A program made the position numbers and the translations under genes. This document shows positions 1 to 13,239 of a DNA stretch of 64,000 bases, one piece after another; the first letter of the stretch is position 1, and every line of letters begins with the position of its first letter. This stretch comes from Epiperipatus broadwayi (Eukaryota > Animalia > Onychophora), in NCBI GenBank assembly GCA_028023455.1, contig JAQFVV010000003.1:18104001-18168000 (forward strand), written 5' to 3'. The notes under the pieces are model-generated. The model worked only from the letters and a program-made list of their open reading frames with translations. It did not search any database and had not been told where the DNA came from.

Positions 1-645
1 TTTTAAATTGATTAAAATAGGATTATGTTGTTTTGGAACAGTAAAGAATTTATCTAAGAAATATTTAAATTGATAATAAAGTTTGTTTTCTGATAAACAA
101 AAATATGCTCTTAATTAATTAATGCAATTGCATTTGGTTGATTAGAATATATACATTTAATTAAGAAACAGTGGTTTTAATATTTGATCTTAGTGAACTC
201 ATGAAATAAGAAACTAATTAAATTAGTTTTAAAACAACAGATGACAATCTGTATTCCAGTTCTTAGTAATTGTATATTAAGTTCATGCAAATTGTTTTTA
301 AAAATAAGTTTAGTGACAAGAAAAGTTTTATTTAGCTGTTTAAGAGATAGATGCTCTTGATAATTCACATAAAAGCATGGAAAAGTTTCAGTATATTGCT
401 GTAGTCACCAAAATGAGTGATTAAATTTCCTAATTAAATCACTTGTAGACAATCCTGTTGAGATATAGTCTGACTGGCTTCTAAAATGTTATCTCAAGTT
501 TTAATTTATTTTAATTGTAGCTAAAAATAACTGAAAACTCATTTATTCTTCAATAAGCTATAACTATTTGGTAGATATATTTTATTATTACAGTCATAAT
601 AACTGTTCTTAGAATGAGCAACTTCTGCCAAATCAGTTATTAATT

Positions 646-833
646 AAAACAGGCAAAACTTACTATATATATTGCCACACACAGCAAGCTAGAGTAATCA
701 ATGGATGCTAGAAGCTTTCTGGCATCCATTGATTACTCTAGCTTGCTGTGTGTGGCAATATATATAGTGAGTTTTGCCTGTTTTAACAACAGTTATACAC
801 AAGCATAAGAAGTGGTCATGTGATGTTTATTGG
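646..833. mobile_element. Foldback insertion of hammerhead repeat family 1 (Penelope-like/retrozyme-type fragment)
   Basis: Near-perfect inverted arms at ~644-712 and ~716-786. The right arm continues into the family 3' sequence also seen at 34790-34840. A 12-bp TSD CAGTTATTAATT lies at 634-645 and 834-845. Confidence 0.75.
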
Positions 834-1192
834 CAGTTATTAATTGATGTTACTGCCATAATTATTGAGTACTCATTTCTTTATAAATTACATACTAATA
901 TATATTTGAAAATAAGTACCACACCTATGATAAAATCTTCCATAATCTCACAAACATTTTATGCCAAAATTGTTGATTTTATATATAATAACAAATTCAG
1001 ACATAACAGCTTGCAAGAATGAGATTGAGTTTTTTATATTCACAATAATAACACAATTTTGACATTACATCTTGTGGCTAGCAGAGAGATCTTTTTTTGA
1101 CTTAAAAAAAATAACAATTTGGATATTAAAATCACATGATTTGGTAGTTATTTTCAATTATATTTAATAATAATATATGTATACAAACATAC

Positions 1193-4100
1193 TGTAATGG
1201 TCAAATATGTACATTTGCGTAACAAAATCTAGAATTTTAGTAAATCATCCCAAGGCCGACCAGAATACGGTGGTGCAACCACAGGTCTTATATAGCCCCA
1301 GTTGCTTTACTATTGCTCAGAGATTTACTACCTTACAGATGACACATCTGAGTTTACGGCAGTATTTTCTCTCATCATGTTCCGGCAGTAGAACATCAGT
1401 AGAACAAAAGACTAAACAAGTTGGCACTCTATCTAGTATAGCTATATAGGTATCATGTGGCTAGGATATGATTATTAAACATTGAGCGGATTTTTAATAA
1501 CCAATAATAAATAATTACTAAATGATGGAATGATTATGAGTCGGTGAGCAAAACTAAGACATGAAACAAAGTTAAATTTAAAACAAATTTAATTAAGTTA
1601 AAATTTTGAAATAATAACCAAAACAATATTACAATAGCTAGATGGTTGGTCTCACACGCAGGTGATTAAGGGATAATTTACATTAAGTTTGGGTTCACAC
1701 GCAAGTGATGGTTTTAGATATATAATTCTTTATAGCTGAGTTTTACATAACTTGGTTTACATATATAGGTGGTATGTGAAATCACTCGCAGGTGACATTA
1801 AGTTTCTAGTTACAAATTATCGGGTTTCTTACATATATGTCTATCACTCATAGGTGATAATTTAATATTTATACACTTCTGGTTTATATATATATATATA
1901 GCTTTTTAATCACTCGCAGGTGATATTAATTTCTAGGTTACCAATATTTAATTTACCTAGCTATATATATGAATCTATCACTCACAGGTGATGAAATTAT
2001 AATACATTTGAATTTACATTTTCATGAGCTTTACTATTATTTTTATAACTAAATGACTTTGCTCATAATTATCTATGCCTAGTTTATGCTATAATAGGAT
2101 CTAGATTTGCTTTATAGTTAGTGAAAGTGAATACAAGCATTTATAAAGAATATAGTACTTAACTAAGCGTGAATAATCAATATATTCTCTATATAGCTAT
2201 TATGCATATTAAATTGGATTCGAATTCATATCAAAGCTGAAATTAACAATTATAATGGTGGGATGAACTGATTATTGGCAGCCAGACTTCAGATACTAAG
2301 GCGTATGGAGAACATACAATTCTGAGTCTTTGCGTCTCATATATATGCCTTATTCACAGGATTTTTACCAAGTAACGGTTCCCTTTGACCGAACTCATTG
2401 CTGTGAAAATAAGAGACCTTTAGTTTGGATGATCGAGCAATTTATTTAAGTGGGAGTTTTATGGTCCGAGGAGTCTCATGCTCCATTCCTAAGAATGCAG
2501 AATGGGGAGGTTTGAACCTGTCCACCATCTGAAGAAGATAATTGCCGGAACTAAAAGTAATGGTGCAGCGCGACCACATACAACCATTAAGGTATACAGC
2601 AACAAGTGAGTACGCCATAGGTTTCTTAAGTTACACATACGCACCGCCGACAACATTATCATATAATAAAAATTATGATGCTAAACTATAGTTTCCTTCA
2701 TGAAACTACCCTGTATCAGTTCATATGATAGTATTTATAACTATACTATTAAGGAAAGTTTATGAATCCAAGTTATAAAGCTATCTCTATAGGCTTTTAC
2801 GCTTCTAGGGAGGATTACAGCATAGTGAGGGAAATTACAATATAAAATTATAGATTTATGCTGCATTTCATCACTTCAACTGAATATTGGTCAAATATTA
2901 TATTTAAAAGCAAATCTATCTAAGAATAATTGTAAGCTTGTAATTATATCTTAATTAAGATATTTTATCCATTTCAAAACAGAGTTTCAGTTTGTGCGTT
3001 ATTACACATATATGCGACACTACATATATACGCGAAGTTACATATATGCGTGAGAATCTAATTATCTCACTAATGATTTAATTATGAATAAAACTCGGTT
3101 TTGAATACATATAGCACGAACAATAACACAACTAAAATAATAAGATTTGGCATAGATTTAATTAAACGAAATGTAAGATTTAATAAGATAAGATTTAGTG
3201 AAATCTGAAATTTGACTTTGTTTTTTTTTTAAAATGAAACTTATGTGACATTAGCTGATTTTTGACTGATTCAGTTTCGACAATTTTAAATTTATAAGAC
3301 TAATGACAGCAAATATTATCATTAACTTAGCATATAGAAAATGACTTAGAAATTTAATAGTTATTTTAAAATAGATCATTTTGCATCATACGTGACAAAG
3401 ATTGTATTAAAACATTTAAAATATAGATTTTAGCAAGTTAAAATCGAATAACTTTTAATTATTTGGAATAAGATTAATATGTAACTAAATCAATCATAAA
3501 TAAATTCAGCAAATAAACCAACAAATAAAGAAATCATATCAATAAATGAAAGGTGTTATTTATGCAAATAATAACTCAGATAAAATCATAAAGCAGTTAA
3601 ATCAGTATTTATCAAATATTAAATTATCAACTTAATTATCAAATATTAAATCAGTTTTTAAATCAAATCAGGCAAGATTTTAAGATTGAAACAAAATAAA
3701 AATTACATTTAGAAGTAAGTTTTGTTTACATTATTATTATGGCCATTGATTTGGATTAAGCTAGCATTTTAGAGTTGATTTTAGTTGAAAGCTTTAAAAT
3801 TGAAGGCGTATTTACCATTTTCTTCTCTTTTCTGCTGACAAGTTATTTCTTCATCGTGGGACTTCTTTAGGTGGTTACGGTTGTTACTTCATCTCTTCCC
3901 GCATTAGGCAGCTTCTCATCAGAGGTGAGAAGGCAAGAATTTTAGCCTACTACCCGACATCATCATCATCAATCAATCTATGTACTTTGTTAAATTTCAA
4001 AGAGTGTATCCTTTAAGATGGCTGCAGCAGCTTATATATCAGCACACCCCCTCTCCTTCGTTATATTATTTTTAGATTCGATTTCTTAGCTTACTCACTG

Positions 4101-4719
4101 TTTCTAAAATTTTGTAGAATCCCGCTGTGATTATTTTTCACTTAGGTAAATCTTAACCTCCGTGACACACGGTAATTTATGCAATCTTTTAATTTAAATA
4201 TAATTTTAACCCTTAATTAAAACTGGGTCAATTTTATAGTGAGAAGGATTAATTTTTCTGGAGTCACTATTACTAGAAAAACAAATCTAAAATTATGGAA
4301 AAACATTTTGTTATATATGTAACTCGACCGTTTAATTTAACGATATATGCAGAATTATATAATTTCAAATATTATTAATTTAATAACTGTCTTAAAATAA
4401 AGAAATTTTAATGTTTTAAATTCTGTTAACATTATTTTTCTAGCATATATGTTTACACTTACAACTCGTTTTTCATTTAATTATTATTAGAAATATATAT
4501 GTGCACATTTATGAGGTTTACGTATATAAATGCAATTTACTCTCTATATGTAGATATATACGCACACATACATGGTTAACGTATTTAGGTTTAAATTCAG
4601 CCAGTTTTTATGATAATATTAGCATAATATACGAGAATTTGGTGGTTATTACATATAAAAGAATACTACTATAGAATATAGTAGGTGAAACAGTTGGGTT
4701 GTAAAAGCTGACTGTTTCA
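1193..4719. mobile_element. Long non-coding TG...CA element A (solo-LTR-like, or non-autonomous DDE element)
   Basis: Starts TGTAATGGTCAA and ends GACTGTTTCA. A 4-bp TSD ATAC lies at 1189-1192 and 4720-4723. The interior is richer in CpG than the flanks. The first ~85 bp and last 10 bp resemble element B at 13240-15874. Confidence 0.7.
1653..1991 (+). repeat. Array of six CAC(A/T)C(G/A)(C/T)A(G/A)GTGA motifs inside element A
   Basis: Copies start at 1653, 1696, 1783, 1845, 1911 and 1979 (spacing 43-87 bp). Four contain the E-box CAGGTG. Confidence 0.8.
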
Positions 4720-5597
4720 ATACATTCTACATTTTTTTGATTTTGTTTAATTTACCATCTGTCATTTTAATTATACATATATATAGTAAGTTTATCTGAA
4801 AGCCATATTTTAAGTATTAGATATTTTTATCAAGTAATAGCATTTGAATACTATTAATGGAGCTTGCTGTCCACAGTTTAAAAGGCTAGAAAAAGGATAT
4901 AAATAGATTAAACTGTTGCATGACCTCCTCATAAAATAGTTTATTCTACTTTTTTCATTTTAGGCTGTATAAGTTTGAGAATATATGTTGTTCATGTTAA
5001 ATTTTTAATAGCTAAATTAGAAATTTGTGAGCAAGCAATAAGATTTAAGTATTCTTAACTTAGTCTGTTGCCATTATTCTTTTAAGGCATAATTTATCCT
5101 AGCATCTGCTCCATATGTAAACTAAATTTATAAAAGTATTATTTCATTTAGATTAAAATTTAAATTATATTTAATTGGAAGTTAGTTTATTACAAACCAT
5201 AAAAGTTTGACATTACACTATTAATAATGAACATATTGATTAATAACTATTCTCCTAATTCTAATTCTATTACTTATTTAGCTTGAAGACTTACTAAAAT
5301 AAGGTCCAGATGATCCATAGTAGTTTCTAAGCTGCTTTTGGTAACATTTGGATAAGGGACTCTGGAAGAGTTAGCTTCTGTCTTAGCTGGATTTTTCTAG
5401 GTGTTTTTTTTTTTTTGTCCTTTTACATATTGATCTTATATTGGAACAGATTCAATAGTTTCTCAGTTCATCATTATTAGTGGGTCAACTAATTCAGATG
5501 TTATTTAGATATCAAACATGCATACAAAACTTTTTATTTAAGAAATTCTCATACATCAATTATTTTAAAAAATGTCATTCTGATTTTTTAATTTGAA

Positions 5598-5862
5598 AAA
5601 TGGATAAGAGAAAAAAACAGGTGTTATTGATCTCATTGAAAAAAGACTGAAGTGGAGTTGGGATTGCTAAAAGAGATGATAATAGATGGACAGTTGAAAT
5701 CTTAAGCTAAGACCCAGAAAGAAACCTATGTGAGATGGATGGTTGAAATAAGAAAGTGTGCAGGAGTGATGTGGAGAAGAGAAGCTGAAAATTGGAGAAG
5801 ATAGATTGAACTTGGAGAGACTTTCATCCTACAGTGGATTGATAATGGTTGATGATGATGAT
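5598..5862 (+). mobile_element. 3' fragment of an RTE-clade LINE
   Basis: Broken translation WIREKTGVIDLIE..LKWSW..KRDDNRWTVEI...LGETFILQWIDNG matches the typical RTE ORF C-terminus. It is followed by a (TGA)n tail at ~5850-5862. Confidence 0.7.
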
Positions 5863-8800
5863 AGTTATTCATTCTTTTTTCTCATTCTCTCACTGTAATT
5901 ATATATATACACTTCAAACATATATATAAGTAAGAGATATAGCAATTTCTTAAATTTTAGAAAATGTGTGTATGGTATTGTAAGTATTCTGAGTTTTTTA
6001 TGCAGTTTTTTGCTCAAATGCTATGCTGAAATCTAGGCAAACTTAAAAATATAAATGATTCATTACCATGACTACTGAATTAGATTGATATTGTTGATAG
6101 TTTCTTTTTACTGCAATACCCTTGATATAGTTTTTTGATAGCATCTTTGCCTCTCTTCCAGAAGCATATGTAATTGAAGTGTAAATGAAAATTTTCCAAG
6201 CAAGTTTTTTTTTTTTTTTTATAGATTGTTTCCTATAGTCAACCTGTTAGCCATAAATTATAGTGCTTAACTACCTTATAAGATTTTATGCAGGGATAAA
6301 ATGTCAGATTGGCCATAGATCATAGTTTAGTTGGCACTCATATTTCTTTTAAACTCCTGAGCAATAAAGCCATTCATTTATTATTACTATGTAGTATTTA
6401 GAGATTTTTCATCAAAAGTAAATGATAATGAGTGTTTGACTATTTTTAATTAAAAGATAAAATAAGAGAGAAAAACAAAAAAACTGTTACCAACTGATAA
6501 TTGATTAGCTTGGTAGTCTTTCCTTTACCTTTCCTTTGTGGAAGGATGTTAGATCTTTGCATTAGGCTATTTAAGACTTGTTATTTAATTAAAATTACTA
6601 TAACTACTGTATTAAGAATTTAATTTCATACTCCAATAAGATTAAGACAAAAAAAAGTGATATTTGAAAATGCTTGATAAGGCAAAAACAGGATTAATTT
6701 TTAACAATAATTATCTGGAGATGAAAAGGGCCAAATAGTATTTTTCGTAAACATTGCTGATAGTATATCTCATCTGCTTTTTGTTGTTGACAAAAAAAAA
6801 AGTCAAGTGCTTATTCCAGTTTTTTAACAATACTATTTTTCAGGTACACGTAAATATTTTCAAAAAAATTATTGTTGCTTATATAAATTATTACGTGAGA
6901 TGTAGACATAAATAAATACATGATATTAGAATTATCTTTTCACTATCAAAAATTCTCCTTGAATATGATAAATGATAAAACGCACATTAAATAGTTTTAT
7001 ATTCTAATGTGATAAACACTTATATTAATAAAAATATCCTTTATTTATAAATATTTATATATGTTCAAGCATATGTTTTTATATATATTAGGACAACCAA
7101 CTTGAATAAATAAATGGTCTACCAGAAAAGTTTAAAGACTAAGTAAATGTTCTGGCACTGCCATCACATTTGACCATTAGTGGTAATTTCTCATTGTTTT
7201 CCATGAAGTCATTTAAAAGATAAAAAATAAGTTGAAAAACATCACACTGCTACTACATAAATTGACCTGCTTCAAAACTGATCTTTCAGCTATGCATATT
7301 ATAAACATAACATAACTTTCTCAACTTACACCTAATTTTGAACTGAAGTCATGGCAGTCCAACTTGGTTTTTTATTTAAATACATGTATTTGTGTAAGCT
7401 TTGTATAGATCTAGATAATTACAATCATTTATAAGTCGTGTTTTTCACTTGGAAACAGAAAATGGAGGAAGGTTTTATAAATACACACACTTTTAAAACT
7501 TATTGAGAATACAGTAGTTATTTTCTTATCACTTGATCACACTTCCCATTAGTTAAAGAAATGTTGAAAGTTGCAATCCAACATATCACATAGAACTAAC
7601 ACTATCGTGGCAAGACCACATTCATTTAATAATATTTATGAGAAAATGTGTACAGTTAATTATGTCAAGTTTTTGTCTTTGTAATAAAGGCATTTCAGAA
7701 TGATAGTACTTAGTATCATGTATAAACAGAAAATAATGAATATAATCATTATCATAACAACTAAAGTAGCTGCTTTAAATCAAGGAGGAAATTTTTATAT
7801 ATCAGGAATTTATTGATTAAAATTTTTTGTATTAAGATGTTTTCATGGAAGTAGCAGACCCCATTTACATTGTAAATTAAAAATTAACAAGGATAGAATA
7901 CAATGAAGAACTATCATTAGACAAAATGTTGAAATTTGCAAAAGATAAAATTCATTGCAACAGAAGTTTGGTGTGAAATAAACAAATAGAGGATCAGTTT
8001 AAAAGTTATACATTGAAGCTGCTATGTTAGTATACACTGATTTATTTGAAATGCCCATAGCTATATTATTTCAGTACACTCTCTCTTTAAATAAAGCTCA
8101 AATTTTAGCACTACACTGAAAAGGAAATCCTCTTCAATGTTATGTGCAATGATCTAATATATATTAAAACTCAAGCTAATTAAAATGAGTAGTATGAAAC
8201 TAAGAAAGCAAAGACTTTATAAACAAACATGTTTCATTTTGAATATACTTCAATGGACTATATAATAGTCATTTTTATTCCCTAAACTCAAATATAAGAT
8301 GTTAGTAAAAAAAAAAAAAAAAGATTAAAATTCATAAATTTAATAAATTTTACAGTAAATTAATCATTTTTTCATCTAGGAGTCCTGAATGTCATCACGT
8401 TTATTAAACTTTTTTCAGATTAAGTTGAAAGCACATGTATTTTATTCATTACTTTATATGATGCCGTATTTGCTTAATAAAATGTTTTTTAAGCATAAAA
8501 CTGAAAGTTTTACGAATTTAATAAAATTCATTATCTTTCTTAAGTTAATAAACAATTAAAATAAGAACTGTAAAACATTTATGATTTTGTCAGGAAGCTT
8601 AAATTGTGAAATTTAACCCAGAATCCGAAATGGCTAATAGCAAGTAAGAATCACTGTATAAATTCCGAAACTAATACCGACTAAAAATTTCATAAGAATT
8701 AGAAAGAATATTGTCTGGTGATAAGTATTAATATTTCTTTGGGGCAAAAAAAAAAAAATTATTGAAGAAAAAGAACATCATCCAGAATATATTTAATTGC

Positions 8801-9270
8801 AATGAAACTGAAACTTCGCTACATATTTTATTTTAAAAATTGTTCATAGTATAATGGGTTGTTTTATTTTTTAGAATTAATGTGAATGAGTCAACATATA
8901 CACAATTAATACACATGTAAATGTGCTCCCTCTATTTTTTAAAATTTTGTTTATACTATAATTTTAATTTATATATTCATATTGTATATATATATATAAA
9001 GCATTTATATTATGTATATTGTTGAACAATAGTGCACACTTACTATTCAATAAACTAAAGTATTCTATGATAATCAAAGCTTATCAACTGAACATGAGCT
9101 TATATATGCAATATACAATATATGTGAGGGGGCTTGGAGTAAAATATTGTGGTTATCATAGCTTCACTGTATAGTTATTAGTCAGTATTAAATGGTTTTC
9201 TGGATCAGCTTTATAGAAAAAAAATTCTAAACCTGATTATAAATTGAAAAAACACATAACTTGTATTCAG

Positions 9271-9410
9271 ATTTAATATATTTGACATATCAGGAGAATG
9301 CACAATTATTGTACCATCAAGCCATTCATGTGCCAAATGCTAAATATAATAATGGTCTCTGCCCTTGTGCTGTGAAGGTTGGATCATATTATGATCATAT
9401 TATTTTTACA
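9271..9410 (+). CDS. Candidate internal coding exon of an unidentified host gene
   Basis: AG acceptors at 9269-9270 or 9292-9293 and a strong GTAAGT donor at 9411. Open frame (D)LIYLTYQENAQLLYHQAIHVPNAKYNNGLCPCAVKVGSYYDHIIFT. The protein is not recognised and no partner exons are established. Confidence 0.25.
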
Positions 9411-11599
9411 GTAAGTGCAACCAATATTGATTACTTAGGTTTATACTACTGTTCAAGTAGTTGGATATAAATCAACTACCTGAAAAAAAAAAAAATTAAC
9501 CTGTTTGTGATTTTAAAAAATTTCAAGATTCACTTATCTTGAATTTGAATACCTGAATAGGCACAGCCTTGGCAGACATTTTAATTTAATCTAAGATCTC
9601 ATAGGTAAAGCTATGACATAAACTTTAATAATAATAAAAAAAGAATTTTTTATTGATTTGGAGTTCATATGACATTCGAGTATTAGATGTGATAGGTATG
9701 GTCCTGTGATCTATGGACCTTGTGAATCAGAGTTTACCACTATCATTGCAGTAAACCATGTAGGGTTAAAATAATGGAGTTGTCCCTATTATTCAAAAGT
9801 TTATAAAACTTTAAATCACTGGCTATAAACTATGGACTTTAAGTTCCAGAGTCTACTTAACCATGTTATATATAAACATATTGTATGTAAATTTTAATGA
9901 TTAGTTATATTTAAAGAGATATATCATGTGTTATATAGGTTGAATGTATATGGTATACAGTCTAAATTTCAAATATTTTATATTTTATGTATTACTTATA
10001 TTTTTTACGAGTTTTTCCTGGCTTGCCAAAGTTGATTGCATTCAGCCTTTAGTCAGCCATCACTAAAATATTACCTCATAAATAAAAGTATTAAGCTTAG
10101 GGCTTACAGTTGTAAAAATTTATAAATGATTGTTTTTAAAAAGGTTTTGTAGATTGTAAAAATGAATGTTAGAAATTCGAATAAGAAAGTTAGAAATTTC
10201 TCATTTTCTTTTATTAAAGAATCACTTGTAAACTCTTTGAACGGAATAATAATGTTTACTAACACCTCTGAATTTAAATATGATGTATTTTTTGAATTAA
10301 AAAAAAAAAAAATGCCAAAAATAAAAATATTACTTATAAGACTGTATGTGTACATATTTTAATAATATAAAAACTATTTCTAATATTATATATCTGAAAT
10401 CCATATTAATGTATTAGGCAAAATGGTAAGCACTATGATCAAGCCATAACACTCGATCATTTGCCACTTTTCTTGTCTAGAGACAATTCTTTGAGCATGA
10501 ACAAACAAGGGAGATTTATGGTAATGCAAAACAGTTTTTTTTTTTTTTTTAGTGCAAGGGTTGGTAATTACAGCGCATGAACCAAATGTGGCTCTTTGAT
10601 CCCAATTTCTCATTGCTCTTTTTGTCATGAAAACATAAATGTAATTTTTATTTTCTCTTGTAATTTGTAAATAAATATTTTGAGGACTCTAGGAGAGGAA
10701 AAATATGCATTACAATGTTGTTCCTTGAATTCAGCCTTATTATAGAATAGTAATTATTATACATGATAAATATTTAAATATTAGAAATTTGTAAATAAAT
10801 CAAACTGTCAAAGTAATTTTTATTTATTTATAAGAGAATTTTTATTTCATCTAGAATGTGTATAAATTTTATTCTATTCTATTACTAAAATAAAAGTTCA
10901 AATGTGTCCACAGCTAATCAGAAATTGATAATTTTCATCTCTTTTTTTGCTGACTTTTTAATGGGCGAAAGGAGGGAGATTTAAATAAAATGTCTATTCA
11001 TATTAAAAAGTTCAAAAACCTTGTTCTAGTAGGAAGCATGGTTTGTGTCCTATACCCATCCAACCTCATTTTTTACTTATGCTCTTCAAAGTTATGGTTG
11101 AAATGTTCAAATGCATCAAAGTTTTGAGGTCAGTCTAATTTGCAAGTCTAGCTTTATATAGGTCTGACTCAAAGTCAGCAAATATATATTTTATTGATTA
11201 CAGTTATAAATTAACTCCAGTTTCCTTTACTTTTAAAAAATTACAATATATACTGAAAATTAACTCATTTTGATAGTGCCAAATAATTTTAGACAAGTTT
11301 TTGGCTACTGGTCTTTTCCAAAAATAGTAGTACTTTATATTATATTCATCTAGCAGGTGTCTTATTTATATTATACTTTTTAATTTAATGGCTTAAAATT
11401 TTTAAACTTTAAGAGAGTTTGAACTCAAACTTACTTAGTTTTCTAATTATAGAGATTTAACACAAAGTCAATAATTTTATATATTAGAGATCATTATTAT
11501 GATTATGTGTACACTTATATCCTTTTAGGAAAAAATAATGTAAACCAAAAGAAAATATAATATGACTCCTTGTGATAAATTCAATCTGTATTTGATAGG

Positions 11600-11994
11600 A
11601 GGATTTTTTTTGTTCTAGATTAATCTAAAATAAAACTATGAATAAAACTTAGTCATCTTCACAGTGATCAGCATTTTTTAGTCACTTCCTTTCTAATTTT
11701 ATTTAAATTAACTGAAAGCTTAATATATAACTGCCTAAATAATACGTAAAGACTTTGTCTGATTAGTTCAATGCCTTATAAAAGCTTCTACTGTCAGGAT
11801 TTTTTTTTGTTCTAGATTAATCTAAAATAAAACTATGAATAAAACTTAGTCATCTTCACAATGATCAGCATTTTTTAGTCACTTCCTTTCTAATTTTATT
11901 TAAATTAACTGAAAGCTTAATATATAACTGCCTAAATAATATGTAAAGACTTTGTCTGATTAGTTCAATGCCTTATAAAAGCTTCTACTGTCAG
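11600..11994 (+). repeat. Near-identical tandem duplication, ~197-bp unit
   Basis: Units start at 11600 and 11796 (AGGATTTTTTTTGTTCTAG...CTTCTACTGTC) and differ by only a few bases. Confidence 0.9.
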
Positions 11995-12237
11995 TTTTTT
12001 TTTAAAAAAAAAAAAATCTGTTTTTAACGTTTTAAAAATACTGCATCTGAATTCTGAATGGTTGGGTTCAGTGCTTGAGGTCATAGTCCCAAAAAACCTG
12101 GTTGACCCTGGATAAAATAAGATGCAATATGTACAGAAAGGATTCTTTTTTATGATCCCCATTACATTCTAGTCTTATTTAAAGTAATTTCTAGTTTAAT
12201 TTTTATTAGGAAAAAATAATACTACAAAAATTTTCTT

Positions 12238-12451
12238 TTTTAAAACAATGCTTTTATGTAAACAGCCGACTAAAAAAATAAGTAAAGTAATCCAACTAAA
12301 AATGTGTTGTGTTATTTCATAAAAGCATTTGAGGCTTTTTTGATTTTAATGACCTCAGATGCTTTTATGAAATAACATATGTTTTTAATCAGATTATTTT
12401 GTTATTTTTCTACTTTTTAGTTGGCTGTTTACATAAAAGCATTATTTAAAA
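12238..12451. repeat. Foldback palindrome / MITE-like, ~100-bp arms
   Basis: AATGCTTTTATGTAAACAGCCGACTAAAAA pairs with TTTTTAGTTGGCTGTTTACATAAAAGCATT. Inner arms GTTATTTCATAAAAGCATTTGAGG / CCTCAGATGCTTTTATGAAATAAC enclose a ~20-bp loop. No clear TSD. Confidence 0.8.
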
Positions 12452-12634
12452 TATAATATATATTTACTTTTTAGCTATAAATAAAACATGATTTCAATTT
12501 AATTGAAATAATCTTCTTCATTAGTCTCTTTTGTCTTTGCTCATGTGCAATATTATCAATACAATGTCATTGCAGTCATTTTTTTTTATAAACATTAAAC
12601 AATTATATATATTTTTATTTTAATCAAGTATGAG

Positions 12635-12905
12635 AAATCAGTATTAACAAAATTTTATTCTATAAATGTAATGTTTTCGTCAGATATATATATATTTTAT
12701 TTTAATTAATTAAATTAATTATGATTTAAATCAGTATTAACAAAATTTTATTCTACAAAACAATATTTTTGTTGACTCAGTTGCTAAGAAGTTTGCTTTG
12801 GAAGCATAAGGATATGAGTTTAAGTTCTAAATTGTAATGGCTTTTTTTTTATTGTTAAAAATTCAAAAATCTGGAGGCAAGACAAGTTAATATAAAAGCA
12901 TTTAA
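12635..12905 (+). repeat. Dispersed repeat with a degenerate tRNA-like core, copy 1
   Basis: Aligns by eye with 17908-18175. Internal duplication of AAATCAGTATTAACAAAATTTTATTC. A-box-like TGACTCAGTTG and B-box-like GAGTTTAAGT. Confidence 0.55.
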
Positions 12906-13239
12906 AAAGATTCAAAATTGAATTGTGGTATCATGTGATGTTGTATGAGGGGGGTGGGAAAGCATTTGTAAATTGTTTCATATTTATAAAAATATTTAGA
13001 TAGACAAAAAATACTACATCTGAAAAAAATCATTGCTGTATAACAAGTATTTGTTACAATTTCATAGCTGTTTTAATTATTATTAATATCAAAGACAGCT
13101 TGATTTATTTGTATTGAGTGATTTTTTTTCTTTTTTTAAATATTTTAATTAATATTTTTGTTATATAATAAGCTTGTATATATTCAATGTTAAAATATTT
13201 GAATATATTGTATTTCAAAATAAGTTACTGTGTTTCCAT

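Noticed and set aside
1193-3006. Shorter LTR ending at ATTACA (3006) with an imperfect CATAC/CATAT TSD
   Set aside because: The end at 4719 gives a perfect 4-bp TSD and shares its last 10 bp with element B, and the CpG-richer composition continues past 3006.
7100-7650. Possible mariner remnant (TIR-like GGTCTACCAGAAAAGTTT, ARPH peptide)
   Set aside because: The matches are too short, with no second TIR or continuous frame.
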